NCBI GenBank assembly: GCA_965225945.1
Contig: CBDDBZ010000035.1
Span: 128,001 to 192,000 of the forward strand
DNA from: Alphaproteobacteria bacterium
GTDB lineage: Bacteria > Pseudomonadota > Alphaproteobacteria > GCA-2731375
Length of the DNA stretch: 64,000 nt
Direction of reading: 5' to 3'
Part shown: positions 50,808-61,575 of the stretch, piece after piece
How positions within the stretch are numbered: the stretch's first letter is position 1
Layout: every line of letters starts with the position of its first letter
Notes under the pieces: generated by a model
Told to the model about the DNA's origin: nothing
The model's input: the letters and a program-made list of their open reading frames with translations, nothing else
Databases searched by the model: none
Translations under genes and position numbers: made by a program

Positions 50808-52112
50808 TCAGGCGAGTGCGTCCAGGACCGCTTGCGGACTCACGTGGTTCTGGTCGATGTGAAGGGCGGCGTTGCCTTCGGTCACACGATAGAGGTCGAT
50901 CACCGGCGCGCCCGCCGCCGCCGTCACCTCCCGCACGATCGCCGGAAAGGCATCCCGGATGCGGTCGAACAGTGCCCGATTGGCATCCGGGATCAGCCCT
51001 TCCCGGACGTGCGATTTAGGGAAGGTGATGAAGAATGGTCGCCAGCTCCGCGCCGCCGCTCTCGCCAGCACCCATTCGCCGTAGGCTCTGGCCAACCGGT
51101 CGATCTCCTCGTCCGCGTCGACCTCCAGATGGCGGCGGACATGGGCCAAAACACCCGTCGTATAGCGGCAATCGAGCTCGCCCAAGCAGAAAGCGACGTC
51201 GGCGCGCTCGGGGATGGCGCACGCCACCGTCTCAAAGGCGGCCTTGTAGTTGTTCTCTCCCGGTCCGGTCAGGTGCCAGGCCTTGCAACCGAATACCAGG
51301 CGAGTCGCGAGGCGGCGGTTCACGCCGCCGACGGGCGCCACCAGATTGGCCGTCGTCAGGCAGTGGCTGTCGCCAACGACATAGAGGGGCTCCGGCGCGC
51401 CGTCCGAGACGTAGACGGCCGCGTTGTCGCGACGCCACGCGAGCAATCCCGTCAGAAGGTTGACGTAGTGCCGCCAGACATCCCGGTTTGGTGCCTTCTC
51501 CACTTGGTCGAGCAGGTCGCGAGCGAGGGCCGTTCGCGGCGCGCAGGCCTCGGTGTCACCCTGAATCCAATCGACGATCGCCGGCAAGGTCGCCTCGCCG
51601 AGCCTCTGACCGGGATCGATTTCCGCCGGCGGCGCCCTCAAGCTCGCGATGTCGTCTAGCGCGAAGAGCACGAAGGCGTAAGCGTTGTACGGGTCTGCAG
51701 CGCCGCCAGCCCGGGCGACGGCGAGGTGGCCTCGGGCTTCCGCGAGCTGGCCGCGCTGAAATAGCGTCATGCCGAGGGCCTGATTGGCGCTCGGATCCTC
51801 GGGTCCCGTCGCCACCGCTTCTCGATAGGCCGCTTCGGCTTCCTCGTCGCGGCCGAGCCGTTTGAGCACGATGCCGATGTTCAGACGGATGCGAGGATCG
51901 GCCGGGGCCAGCTCGGCGGCCTCGCGATAATACGAAAGCGCCGTGTCCAACCTTTGAATCCGCATGTGCAGCTCGCCCGCGAACAGGCGCGCCTGAACGC
52001 TTTCGGGCGCCAATTCGCAGGCCCGTCCCGCCAGCTCCATGGCGCCGCGAACGTCGCCGTTTCGAGCCAGCGTTATCGCCTGGCGGATCAGGTGTACTTC
52101 GTCGGCTTGCAT
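50808..52112 (-). CDS. TPR protein with C-terminal SGNH-like domain
   Basis: TPR helices; VVGDSH, GELDCR, IDQNH. Confidence 0.7.
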   Translation of the reverse strand: MQADEVHLIRQAITLARNGDVRGAMELAGRACELAPESVQARLFAGELHMRIQRLDTALSYYREAAELAPADPRIRLNIGIVLKRLGRDEEAEAAYREAVATGPEDPSANQALGMTLFQRGQLAEARGHLAVARAGGAADPYNAYAFVLFALDDIASLRAPPAEIDPGQRLGEATLPAIVDWIQGDTEACAPRTALARDLLDQVEKAPNRDVWRHYVNLLTGLLAWRRDNAAVYVSDGAPEPLYVVGDSHCLTTANLVAPVGGVNRRLATRLVFGCKAWHLTGPGENNYKAAFETVACAIPERADVAFCLGELDCRYTTGVLAHVRRHLEVDADEEIDRLARAYGEWVLARAAARSWRPFFITFPKSHVREGLIPDANRALFDRIRDAFPAIVREVTAAAGAPVIDLYRVTEGNAALHIDQNHVSPQAVLDALA

Positions 52113-52115
52113 CGC

Positions 52116-53670
52116 TCAGCCCGCGTCCTGCCGTCTGCCATAGAGCATGGTGATGTTGATGCGGCGACTCTCGTAGCCGGGCCGAAAGCGGACCGGTTGC
52201 GTCTCGTGTAACAGATCAGAGTTGAAGATCGCGACCCGGTTTTCGCGGTAGGAGATGAAAATCGGTTTCGCGCCCGTTTCGGTGATGAAGCGCCGGGATG
52301 CCTCGATATCGTTGTTGTAGGCCTCGAAGTCCCAATCCGCCGGCGCCTCGTGGTCCCAGATTGTGAGCCCGCCGCTCTCCGCATCCAGATTGGCATCGTC
52401 CGGCGTGATCCAGAAATTCACGTTCGCGGCCGCGAAATCGGCGTGAAGTGGCACGCCGTCGGCGTGGTCGTCACACTTGAACGCCCACGTCTTGCGCAGG
52501 AGGTGGTGGCGAAAGATCGCCGGAAAGGTGGACCGCAACGCCTCGGCGACCTGTGCCAGCAGCGGGCAGGTAAAGCCGTCCTGCATGAAGGCACCGAGGT
52601 AGCCATTGGCATAACGAAACTCGTGCCAGATGGTCGATTCCAGACAAAATCGCCGAAGCTCGCGCAGCGCCTCGGGGCGCAGCAGGCTGTCGATGGCGAC
52701 GATACCCGGACCGCTCTCCGCGTAGCGGGCTTCGATCTCCGAGACGTCCAAGCTCTTGTTCAGCACATCCTCGGAACTACGCGTGGGCGCGTACTTGTGC
52801 CACGCGCGATTGTAGGTTTGGAGGATCGGGTCGTCGACCTCCGCCGCCACCGGCACCATGTGTTCCCCCACCGCCGCGGTCTCTATCCGCTGCAAGGCCG
52901 CGCGATGCGCCTCGACGCGCCAGCCCGCGGACGACTCGATCCGTCCCTTCTGGCGCAGGTGTTCGAATTGTTCGATGTCGTGGCGGAGCTTGCCGACGGT
53001 CGTCAGGACGGCCAGTCGGTCGTTCGAGTCGAGCGGCGCATCGGGCCCCCGGCGCAGTGCGTTGCCCTCCTCGTAGGCGGCGAAGGCGCCGTCGGTATCG
53101 CCGAGTTCGATCAGGGTATTGCCGAGGTTGACATGCGCCGGGCGCAGCCCCGGCTTGCACGCGATCGCCTCGCGATAGGCCACCGTCGCGGCCTCGTAGC
53201 GGTTCGCGTCCTTGAGGGCGTTGGCTAGGTTGTAGTGGGCCTCGGCCCACGCCGGGGCCAGCCCGACGGCGCGTTCCAGCGGTGTGATCGCGGCTTCCGG
53301 CGCGCCGGAGCTGGCCAGCGTCGAGCCTAGGTCGGCGAGCGCGCCCGGATCCTCCGGCCGGAGTTCGACCAGACGATGCAGGCGCTCCAGCGCTTCCTCG
53401 ACGGCGCCTTCCCGCAGCAGTGCATCGGCCAGCATGGCCAGGGCCTCGGCGTCGTCGGGGCGCAATTCGATGCAATTCGATGCATCGCCTGAGTTAGCTG
53501 ATCGCCTCGTCCGTCCGGCCGAGGCGCAGCAGGGCGGTCGCCAGCAGACTGCGGCATTCGCCGTCGTCGCCTTGCGCGAGGACGCTTTGGGCCAGGCGCA
53601 AGGCGGTCTCGGCGTTCCCCTTGCCGAGATGCATCGCCGCCGCGCGGCGTAGCTTGTCCAGCGTGCTCAC
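52116..53670 (-). CDS. TPR protein with C-terminal 2OG-Fe(II) oxygenase-like domain; 5' end broken by a TAA and a 10-bp duplication
   Basis: TPR repeats; PLHAD...LLHET...RRIN; EAIS*LRRCIEL and CAATTCGATG x2 at 53463-53482. Confidence 0.7.
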
Positions 53671-53725
53671 GTCGCGGCTGTCCGGACCGACGAGGGCATC
53701 GATTTACGCCCGCTTGCGGGCCGCA

Positions 53726-54466
53726 TCAGTGCGCCACCAGCAGGCGGCCCATGCCTCGAATCGGTTCCTCGATGCCGGCGGCGCGGGCGGCGCGCCAGAA
53801 CAGCGCCTGGGCGCTCGAGATGACGGGCTTGCCCGTCGCCGCCTCGATCTCGGGAATCGAATCAAGGCTCGGCATGTCGCAACACGACAGCACGACGGCG
53901 TCCACGTCATCGCCGGCGAGGTGAATTGCGCGGGCCGTCAGGGTCTCCGGCGGGACGCGATACATGTGCCCGAGGTTCATCTGCGCCGCGTCGACGATGA
54001 TGCTGTCGTCGCGCGCCACTTCCACCCCGTTCTCGGCGAAGAACACGGTTTTCTTGGCGCTCAGCGAGGGCGGATAGGGCGTGACCAGGGCGATGCGCCG
54101 CGCGCCGAACGCCGCCAGCGCCGCCATCAGCGCGGCCGCCGCCGTCACCGCCGGGCGGCCGGCCTGCTCGCTCAGCCGGGCCTCGAAGTCCAGCGGGTCG
54201 CCCTTGGCCGAACTGGCGGCGCAGCCATAGGCGATGACGTCGGGCTCGGCCGAGTTCGCCTCCTCCAGCACGCGGGGCAGGTGCTTTTCCATCTCGTCGA
54301 AGGGATTCTCGTGCTTCTCGGCGAAGAAGGGCATGCGCGAGGTATGCACGCTCACGCCCTCGGGCGCCAGGCGCCAGAACTCGATCTCCGCCACCGTGTT
54401 ACTCGACGGCACGACCAGGGCGAGCCGCGCGCGGCGGCCATAAACGCGCATCGGTATATCGCTCAT
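53726..54466 (-). CDS. Maleate isomerase / Asp-Glu racemase family protein
   Basis: VPSSNTVAE, YGCA, VTPY, LSCC. Confidence 0.85.
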   Translation of the reverse strand: MSDIPMRVYGRRARLALVVPSSNTVAEIEFWRLAPEGVSVHTSRMPFFAEKHENPFDEMEKHLPRVLEEANSAEPDVIAYGCAASSAKGDPLDFEARLSEQAGRPAVTAAAALMAALAAFGARRIALVTPYPPSLSAKKTVFFAENGVEVARDDSIIVDAAQMNLGHMYRVPPETLTARAIHLAGDDVDAVVLSCCDMPSLDSIPEIEAATGKPVISSAQALFWRAARAAGIEEPIRGMGRLLVAH

Positions 54467-54537
54467 GGCGGCGAGTTTAGATAGTCTCTCCCCCGGCCAC
54501 AAACCGCCATAGTGCATCATCGAGGGGGAGAACCGTC

Positions 54538-55590
54538 ATGCCGACCGTCGCAGCCGAGCGCCTGGAAACCATCGCCGCCAAACTTCTGGAAGCCGCCGGC
54601 GCGCCGGCGGCGGAGGCGGCGATCGTCGCCCGCCATTCGATCGGGGCCAACCTGGCCGGCCACGATTCGCACGGCATCATTCAAATCCCGACCTATATCA
54701 AGCGCATCGAGGTGGGCCACATCGTCCCCGGCGCTTCCATCGACATCCTCCAGGAAACGCCGACCACGACGGTGGTCGACGGCAACTGGGGCTTCGGCTA
54801 CGTGGTTTCGGAATACGCCATGAAGCTGACCATCGAGAAGGCCGCCACGTCCGGCATCGCCGCCACCACGGTGCGCCGCCAGGGCCATGTCGGACGGGTC
54901 GCCGACTATCCGCTGATGGCCGCCGAGGCCGGCATGATCGCCATGATGACCGCCGACAGCGGCCGCTCGCCCAAGCATGTCGCCCCCTTCGGCGGACGTG
55001 AGGCCAGGCTCGGCACCAACCCGATCTGCTTCGCCATGCCCTCCAACCTCGACGGCCCCTTCTTCATCGACATGGCGACCTCGGCGGTGGCGGCCGGCAA
55101 GCTGACCCTGGCCAAGGCGCGGGGCGAGAGCATTCCCGAAGGCTGGCTGGTGGACGCCGAGGGCCGCGCCACCACCGACCCCAACGCCTACGGCAACGGC
55201 GGCGTGCTGCTGCCCTTGGGCGGTAGCGAGGGCCACAAGGGCTACGGCCTCTCGGCCATGGTGGAAATCTTCTCCGGCGTGCTACCCGGTCTCGGCTTCG
55301 GGATCGAGCCCACCGGCCGGCACAACGACGGCTGCTTCATGCTGGCGGTCCAAGTGGCGGCCTTCCGCCCGCTCGACGAATTCAAGCGCGAGATCGCGGA
55401 ATTCGCCGCGTATCTGAAATCGGCCGCGCCGGCGGAGGGCTTCACCGAGATCTTCTATCCGGGCGAGCTCGAACACCGCCGGAGCACAGCCAAGCGGGAG
55501 AGCGGCATCGAGATCGAGGACCAGACCTGGTCCGCCCTCGCCGCCCTCGCCGAGGCGGGCGGCCTGGCGGCGGAGTTGGGCTTCGAATAG
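54538..55590 (+). CDS. Ldh_2 (malate/L-lactate/L-sulfolactate dehydrogenase) family
   Basis: GHDSHG, GTNPI, DMATS, GHKGYGL. Confidence 0.92.
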   Translation: MPTVAAERLETIAAKLLEAAGAPAAEAAIVARHSIGANLAGHDSHGIIQIPTYIKRIEVGHIVPGASIDILQETPTTTVVDGNWGFGYVVSEYAMKLTIEKAATSGIAATTVRRQGHVGRVADYPLMAAEAGMIAMMTADSGRSPKHVAPFGGREARLGTNPICFAMPSNLDGPFFIDMATSAVAAGKLTLAKARGESIPEGWLVDAEGRATTDPNAYGNGGVLLPLGGSEGHKGYGLSAMVEIFSGVLPGLGFGIEPTGRHNDGCFMLAVQVAAFRPLDEFKREIAEFAAYLKSAAPAEGFTEIFYPGELEHRRSTAKRESGIEIEDQTWSALAALAEAGGLAAELGFE

Positions 55591-55633
55591 TTCCCCGTGG
55601 GTTCAGACGGGGGCAGCCCCGGGCGGCGCAAGT

Positions 55634-56107
55634 TCAGGGCGCCGTCGCTTGGCGGGCGATGGCGGCGAAGATCGCGTCCAGCTCCTTGGCCATGGCGTCG
55701 AGATCGGCGCTGGCGTAGGGCTTGAAGACGGCGCTGGGCGTCCGATAGGTCAAGCTCGCGGTGCCGTCGGCGTTCTCGGTCAGGTAGAAGCGAAGCGGTG
55801 CCTCGATCCCCGCGGGCTTGCTCGCCTTCAGCATGCGGACGGCGAAATCGTTGCGGTAGACGCCGAAGACCGCGTTGCCGGCGATCTCGACGCCGCGCCG
55901 CGACGCTCCGAGCGAGGCGCTGGCCCGCCCGACCATTCCCATCTTGTTGTCGCCGACCGCCTTTTCGAGCCGACTCCAGAGTGTCTTGAAGTCATGGCTG
56001 GTGGCGATGACGTTGGTCCCCGGATAGGGATAGCCGTTGTCGGCCCAAGCCGGAAGTGCATTGAGCCAAACGGTGGCGAGGACGATGGCGGCAAGCAGAC
56101 GTGACAT
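55634..56107 (-). CDS. DUF302 family secreted protein
   Basis: Signal peptide; AGIEAPLRFY...YRTPS. Confidence 0.75.
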   Translation of the reverse strand: MSRLLAAIVLATVWLNALPAWADNGYPYPGTNVIATSHDFKTLWSRLEKAVGDNKMGMVGRASASLGASRRGVEIAGNAVFGVYRNDFAVRMLKASKPAGIEAPLRFYLTENADGTASLTYRTPSAVFKPYASADLDAMAKELDAIFAAIARQATAP

Positions 56108-56192
56108 GCGTGGGCCCCCTGGATGCATGATGCGATGCATTCTGACAGAAGCCGGGCCGGCGCCACGCCCCCTCACCGAGAATTGACCGCCG

Positions 56193-57260
56193 TCAGGGCG
56201 CGATGTCGGCGGCGTCGAGGCCGACCGCCTGGCCGATCGAAGCGAAGCCGTCGCGGCGCAGCAAGCCGGCGAGCCCCCGATTGATCCGCTCGACCAGGCG
56301 CGGTCCCCGGTAGACCAGCGCGGTGTAGAGTTGCACCAGCGAGGCGCCGGCGCGGATCTTGGCGTAGGCGGTGGCCGGCGATTCGACCCCGCCGACGCCG
56401 ATCAGCGGCAGCCGCCCCTCGGTCAAGCGATGCAAACGGGCCAGCCGTTCGGTCGCGAGTGCGAAGAGGGGCCGGCCGCTGAGGCCGCCGGCCTCCGCGG
56501 CCCGCGGGCTCCACAATCCCTCGCGCAGGCCGATCGTGGTGTTGCCCAGGATCGCGCCGTCGACCCCCTTGGCGAGCAGCACGTCGGCCGCCTCGGCCAA
56601 GGCGTCGTCGTCGAGGTCGGGGGCGAGCTTGACCAGGATCGGCGGGCGCGCCGAGGCCGCCTCGCGCGCCGCCAGCACGCGCTCGAGCAGCTCTTCCAAT
56701 CGCGGGCGGGCCTGCAGGTCGCGAAGGCCGGGCGTATTGGGGCTGGAGACGTTGATCGCCAGATAGTCGGCGAGCGGCGCCATCCGCGCGACGCCCTGGA
56801 CATAGTCGGAGATCGGATCGCCCGAGTCCTTGTTGGCGCCGACGTTGACGCCGATCGGTCCGGCGCGGGCGCCGAGTTGCGCCAGACGAGCGGCGCCCGC
56901 CTCCAGTCCCTCGTTGTTGAAGCCGAGGAGGTTGATCAGCGCCGCGTCGGGAATCAGCCGAAACAGCCGGGGCGTTGGGTTCCCCGGCTGTGCCAGCGGC
57001 GTCAGGGTGCCGACCTCGACGAAGCCGAAGCCGAGGCGCAACGACGGCCCGGCCACCTCGGCGTTCTTGTCGGCGCCGGCGGCGAGACCGACCGGCGAGG
57101 CGAAGTCGAGGCCCCATAGCGTCTGTCGCAGCAGGGGATCGGCCGGCCCGGCCGCGGACCGCACCAAGCCCCGGCGGAGCGTCCAGAGGCCGAGTCGATG
57201 CGCCCGCTCCGCCTCCAGGCGGTGCAGCAGCGGGCGGGCGAGGGAGAAGAAGTCGAGCAT
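56193..57260 (-). CDS. pyrD: Dihydroorotate dehydrogenase (quinone, class 2)
   Basis: GLAAG.DK, NVSSPNT, VKLAPD, NTT, GGLSG, VQLYT. Confidence 0.93.
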   Translation of the reverse strand: MLDFFSLARPLLHRLEAERAHRLGLWTLRRGLVRSAAGPADPLLRQTLWGLDFASPVGLAAGADKNAEVAGPSLRLGFGFVEVGTLTPLAQPGNPTPRLFRLIPDAALINLLGFNNEGLEAGAARLAQLGARAGPIGVNVGANKDSGDPISDYVQGVARMAPLADYLAINVSSPNTPGLRDLQARPRLEELLERVLAAREAASARPPILVKLAPDLDDDALAEAADVLLAKGVDGAILGNTTIGLREGLWSPRAAEAGGLSGRPLFALATERLARLHRLTEGRLPLIGVGGVESPATAYAKIRAGASLVQLYTALVYRGPRLVERINRGLAGLLRRDGFASIGQAVGLDAADIAP

Positions 57261-57415
57261 CGGCACTCAGCTGCACGTGGGCTTCCCCGGTGCTGTAGCC
57301 GATGGGGCGCGTGGGTACCAGCCGGGATCGTCTTCGGGAAAATCGCCCGGTGGCACCGCGTGGGCGGCGGGTATATGTTCGGCGCCCCGAATTGCCCAGT
57401 TGGAGGGAGGCGGCG

Positions 57416-58261
57416 ATGGCCGGTGTTTTCCATCACGATGGCGTTTGGCTCGACGAGGCGCCGATGATCCTCTCTCCGATGGATCAGGCGGCGTGGCTTT
57501 CCTCCATCGTCTTCGACGGCGCGCGGGCCTTCGGCGGGCTCGCGCCGGATCTCGACCAGCACTGCGAGCGGCTGATCAACTCGGCCCGCGCGTTGCTGCT
57601 GGAGCCCAAGATCGATTCGCGTGAGATCGAGGCGCTCTGCGTCGAGGGCATCCGCAAGATGCCGCGCGACTCGGAGCTCTACGTGCGGCCGATGATGTAC
57701 GCGACCGGCGGCTTCCTGGTCCCGGACCCGGAGACCACGACCTTCAGCCTCGCGATCTACGAATCACCGCTGCCCGAGTTCACCGGGATCTCCGTCTGCC
57801 TTTCGAGCCTGCGCCGGCCGGCCCGCGACATGGCGCCGACCGACGCCAAGGCCTCTTGCCTCTATCCCAACTCGTCGCGCGCGCTGAAGGAAGCGGAGCA
57901 GCGCGGCTTCGACAACTGCATCATGCTGGACCCGAACGGCAACGTCGCCGAGCTGGCGAGCGCCAACGTCTGGATCGTCAAGGACGGCGTGGCGCTTACC
58001 CCGTTCCCGAACGGCACCTTCCTCGACGGCGTCACCCGCGGGCGGGTAGCCCAACTGCTGGCCGACGACGGCGTCGAGGTTCGCGAGCAGACCCTCACCT
58101 TCGCCGACGTGATGGCCGCCGACGAAGTGTTCCTTACGGGCAACTACGCCAAGGTCATGCCGATCACCCGGGTCGAGGACCGCGACCTGCAGCGCGGCCC
58201 CGTGACCCAGCGCGCCCGCGACCTCTATTGGGATTACGCGGAGACCACGTCGGTGTTTTGA
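57416..58261 (+). CDS. Branched-chain amino acid aminotransferase (class IV)
   Basis: [22 protein letters not shown]. Confidence 0.9.
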   Translation: MAGVFHHDGVWLDEAPMILSPMDQAAWLSSIVFDGARAFGGLAPDLDQHCERLINSARALLLEPKIDSREIEALCVEGIRKMPRDSELYVRPMMYATGGFLVPDPETTTFSLAIYESPLPEFTGISVCLSSLRRPARDMAPTDAKASCLYPNSSRALKEAEQRGFDNCIMLDPNGNVAELASANVWIVKDGVALTPFPNGTFLDGVTRGRVAQLLADDGVEVREQTLTFADVMAADEVFLTGNYAKVMPITRVEDRDLQRGPVTQRARDLYWDYAETTSVF

Positions 58262-59865
58262 TCGGCTTTCGCCGCTGGCTCCGAGAGATCCTCGTCCGCG
58301 AGCGCGCGGCGGATCAACGCCGCCGTTTCCTCGACGCCATAGAGTGCCACGAAGGAGCCCATGCGCGGCCCCTGGCTCTGCCCCAGCAGCACTTCGTAAA
58401 GGGCGCGGAACCAGTCGCGCAGATTGTCGAAGGGGTGGCGCTTGCCGATCTCGTAGATCTGGTTCTGGATCTCCTCCGCCCCCGCCTCCGCTCCCGCCGC
58501 CTCCAGCCAGGCCAGAAGCTCTTCCAGGCCTGAGCGCTCGTGCGCCTCGGCGGCCCGGTAGCGCTTCGCCGGCTTGACGAAATCCTGATAGTAGGCGACC
58601 GCGTGCCCCGCCAGTCGCTCGAGGAGCGGCTCGCTCGAAGCCGTCGCTTGCGGCAGGTAGCGGCGGATGAAGCCCCAGAGCACCGCCTTGTCCTCGGCGT
58701 TGGCGGCGGCGGCGAGGTTCATCAGCAGCGCGAAGGAGATCGGCGGCGGCTTCACCTCGGCGAGGCCGCCGTGGATGTGCCAGGCCGGATTGTCGAGCCG
58801 CGCCGCCGGATCCTGGCCCGCCAGCTTCCCGAGCTGTGTCAGGTAGTCGTCGACGGCGCGCGGGATGACGTCGAAATAGAGCCGCTTGGCCCGCCTGGGC
58901 GACTGGTACATGTAGAGCGACAGGCTTTCCGGCTGGCCGTAGCGCAGCCACTCGTCGATGGTGAGACCGTTGCCGCGCGACTTGGAGATCTTCTCGGCGT
59001 TCTCGTCGAGGAACAGCTCGTAGGTGAAACCCTCGGGCGGGCGGGCGCCGAGGATCGAGCAGATCCGGCTCGAGTGGCGCACCGAATCGATCAGATCCTT
59101 GCCCGACATCTCATAATCGACGCCGAGGGCGTACCAGCGCATCGCCCAGTCCGGCTTCCACTGCAGCTTGCAGGCACCGCCGGTCACCGCCACCTCGACC
59201 AGCCGCGCGTCCTCGTCGCGGTAGGTTACCGTGCCGGCATCGACGTCGCGCGCGACGATTGCCACCTGCAGCACCCGCCCCGTGGTCGGGCAGACGGGGA
59301 GGAAGGGGCTGTACGTCGCCTGGCGCTCCTCGCCGAGGGTCGGCAGCATCACCGCCATCACCTCGTCGTAGCATTCGAGCATGCGCCGGAGCGCGGAATC
59401 GAAGCGCCCCTCGCGGTAGTATTCAAAGGCGCTGGCGAACTCGTACTCAAAGCCGAAGCCGTCCAGAAAGGCGCGGAACCGGGCGTTGTTGTGATGGCCG
59501 AAGCTCTCGTGGGTGCCGAAGGGATCGGGCACGCGGGCCAGCGGCTCGCCGAGGTGCGCCTCGAGCATCTCCCGGTTGGGCACGTTCCCGGGCACGCTCC
59601 TGAGCCCGTCCATGTCGTCGGAGAAGGCGATCAGGCGGGTCGGCAGATCGGAAATCTGGTGGAAGGCGTGGCGCACCATGGTGGTCCGCGCCACCTCGCC
59701 GAAGGTGCCGATATGCGGCAGGCCGGAAGGGCCGTAGCCGGTCTCGAAGATCACCCGCCCGCCCGCCGGCTCGGCCCCGTCCAGCCGCTCCAGCAGCTTG
59801 CGGGCTTCCTGAAACGGCCACGCCTTGCTCGCCAGGGCCGCCTCGCGCGCCTCGTCCCCGCCCAC
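58234..59865 (-). CDS. lysS: Lysine--tRNA ligase, class I
   Basis: [25 protein letters not shown]. Confidence 0.96.
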   Translation of the reverse strand: MGGDEAREAALASKAWPFQEARKLLERLDGAEPAGGRVIFETGYGPSGLPHIGTFGEVARTTMVRHAFHQISDLPTRLIAFSDDMDGLRSVPGNVPNREMLEAHLGEPLARVPDPFGTHESFGHHNNARFRAFLDGFGFEYEFASAFEYYREGRFDSALRRMLECYDEVMAVMLPTLGEERQATYSPFLPVCPTTGRVLQVAIVARDVDAGTVTYRDEDARLVEVAVTGGACKLQWKPDWAMRWYALGVDYEMSGKDLIDSVRHSSRICSILGARPPEGFTYELFLDENAEKISKSRGNGLTIDEWLRYGQPESLSLYMYQSPRRAKRLYFDVIPRAVDDYLTQLGKLAGQDPAARLDNPAWHIHGGLAEVKPPPISFALLMNLAAAANAEDKAVLWGFIRRYLPQATASSEPLLERLAGHAVAYYQDFVKPAKRYRAAEAHERSGLEELLAWLEAAGAEAGAEEIQNQIYEIGKRHPFDNLRDWFRALYEVLLGQSQGPRMGSFVALYGVEETAALIRRALADEDLSEPAAKADQNTDVVSA

Positions 59866-59895
59866 GGTTCCACTCCCGGCTTCGAAATCGCCGGC

Positions 59896-59923
59896 ACCAT
59901 AGCGAAACCCCGAGCGCGGTCAA
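59896..59923 (-). promoter_or_regulatory. Possible sigma70 promoter of lysS
   Basis: TTGACC-N16-TATGGT about 30 bp upstream of the start. Confidence 0.4.
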
Positions 59924-59986
59924 CGCCTTCGCCGATGGCGCGCCCGACCGGGAAGCGTCGTGGTAGCGCCCCGGCTCTATTCGACT

Positions 59987-60309
59987 CTATTCGACGCCCT
60001 CGACGATTCTAAGATCCCTGACGGCGCCGTCGCCCAGCGCCTCGACGGCGGCTTGGTATTCCGGGCTTCGATAGGCGCCGAGCGCTTCCTCGAAGCTCGG
60101 AAACTCCAACACCACGGTGCGTTCGGCGAGGCCGTCCTCGAAGGCTTCCACCCGGCCGTCGCGGACCAGGATCCGTGCCCCCCTGGGAAGCATCGCGCGC
60201 GGCGCCAGTTCGGCATAGGTCTTTAGTTTTTCAGGGTCTCGGACCTCCCGATAGCAGACCAGCTCAGGTAGTTGTCCAGATAGCGGGTGGCCAGATACCC
60301 CTTCGCCAT
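59987..60309 (-). pseudogene. DUF1330 protein frameshifted by a 32-bp IS1595-derived insert
   Basis: Removing 60259-60290 restores MAKGYLVCYREV...VVLEFPS...SPEYQ...RDLRIVEG. Confidence 0.85.
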
Positions 60310-60443
60310 CGTCGTTCGCTCCCTTCTCGGTCGGAATTCACCAACCGCCGGCTCTCGAAAAACCGGTGCCGACGAGGTTCCCGTGGATACACGACCGTCG
60401 GTTCATCGCCGGACCGTCCCGCCGCCGCCCGGCGGTTTCGGGC

Positions 60444-61157
60444 TCAGATATGGCGCGTCAGACCGCCGTCGACGCGCAGGCTCTGGCCGGTGATGTAGCC
60501 GGCGTCGTCGGACAGCAGGAAGGCGATGGTCTTGGCCATTTCCTCGACCCTGCCGATCCGCTTCATGGGCACGCGCGCCGCCGTCTCCGCCGTTTGGTTC
60601 AGGCTGTCGATGAAGCCCGGCAGCACGTTGTTGATGCGGATGTTGTCGGCGGCGTGGCGATCGGCATAGAGCTTGGCGAAGCTCGCGAGCCCGGCGCGAA
60701 GCGCCGAGGAGACCGGATAGGTCAGGCTCGGCTCGAAGGAAGAGAAGGTGGTCACGTTGACGATGGCGCCCTTGCCCTGCTCGAGCATGATCGGCGTGAC
60801 CCGGCGCAGCATGCGGACCACATTCAGGATGATGAGATCCAGGCCGTGGTGCCACTCGGCGTCGGAAATTTCCAGTAATTCGCCCTTGGGCGGACCGCCG
60901 GTGTGGTTGACCACGGCATCGATCCGGCCATGCGCCGCCATCGCGGCCTCGACCAGGCGGGCGATGTCGGCGTCGTTCTGGCTCGCACCCGTGACCGCGA
61001 CGGCGCCTTCGCCGAGCTCCGCCGCCAGGGCCTCGGCGCTGCCCGAGGGCGACATCAGCGCCAAGCGATAGCCGCGGACGTGCAGTTCGCGCGCCGCGGC
61101 GGCGCCGATCCCGCGGCCGCCGCCGGTGACGACGGCGACCGGCGTCTCGGCGCTCAC
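60444..61157 (-). CDS. SDR oxidoreductase
   Basis: TGGGRGIG, INNVLPG, YITGQSLRVDGG. Confidence 0.9.
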   Translation of the reverse strand: MSAETPVAVVTGGGRGIGAAAARELHVRGYRLALMSPSGSAEALAAELGEGAVAVTGASQNDADIARLVEAAMAAHGRIDAVVNHTGGPPKGELLEISDAEWHHGLDLIILNVVRMLRRVTPIMLEQGKGAIVNVTTFSSFEPSLTYPVSSALRAGLASFAKLYADRHAADNIRINNVLPGFIDSLNQTAETAARVPMKRIGRVEEMAKTIAFLLSDDAGYITGQSLRVDGGLTRHI

Positions 61158-61498
61158 GACGTCGCCCCGCCACCGACGGGCACGTAATCGTAAGTCCCGA
61201 CGCCTTGGACGATGACGAAGCGGCAGCGCCCGCCGTCCCGCCCCGTCACCCGGTGGGCCGTCTTGGGCGGCACCGCGCAACTCTCGCCCACCGCCATCAG
61301 GTGGTGCGCGCTCGGCGCGCGCGTCTCCACCGAGAGCGTGCCCTCCAGACAGAAGAAGGTGTCGGTGATCTCGGAGTGGTAGTGCCAGGGGACCTCCTGG
61401 CCCTCGGCGAGGGTGAAGGTCTTGACCGTCAGCTCGTCCGTTCCGGCGATCAGCGTGCGCTCCTCGACCGTGTAGTCGTGACCGTATCCCGTGGCCAT
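61154..61498 (-). CDS. Cupin domain protein
   Basis: PWHYH...VPPKTAH. Confidence 0.88.
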   Translation of the reverse strand: MATGYGHDYTVEERTLIAGTDELTVKTFTLAEGQEVPWHYHSEITDTFFCLEGTLSVETRAPSAHHLMAVGESCAVPPKTAHRVTGRDGGRCRFVIVQGVGTYDYVPVGGGATS

Positions 61499-61575
61499 CG
61501 TCGTCTCCCTCGGTGTCGATCGGGCGCGAGTCTAGGCCAATATCCGCCCGCGCGAAATCGCCGACCGCGCCGCCG

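Noticed and set aside
60259-60290. Spacer-sized inserts as off-target Cas1-Cas2 integrations
   Set aside because: No repeat-length target duplication flanks the inserts and no cas genes are seen
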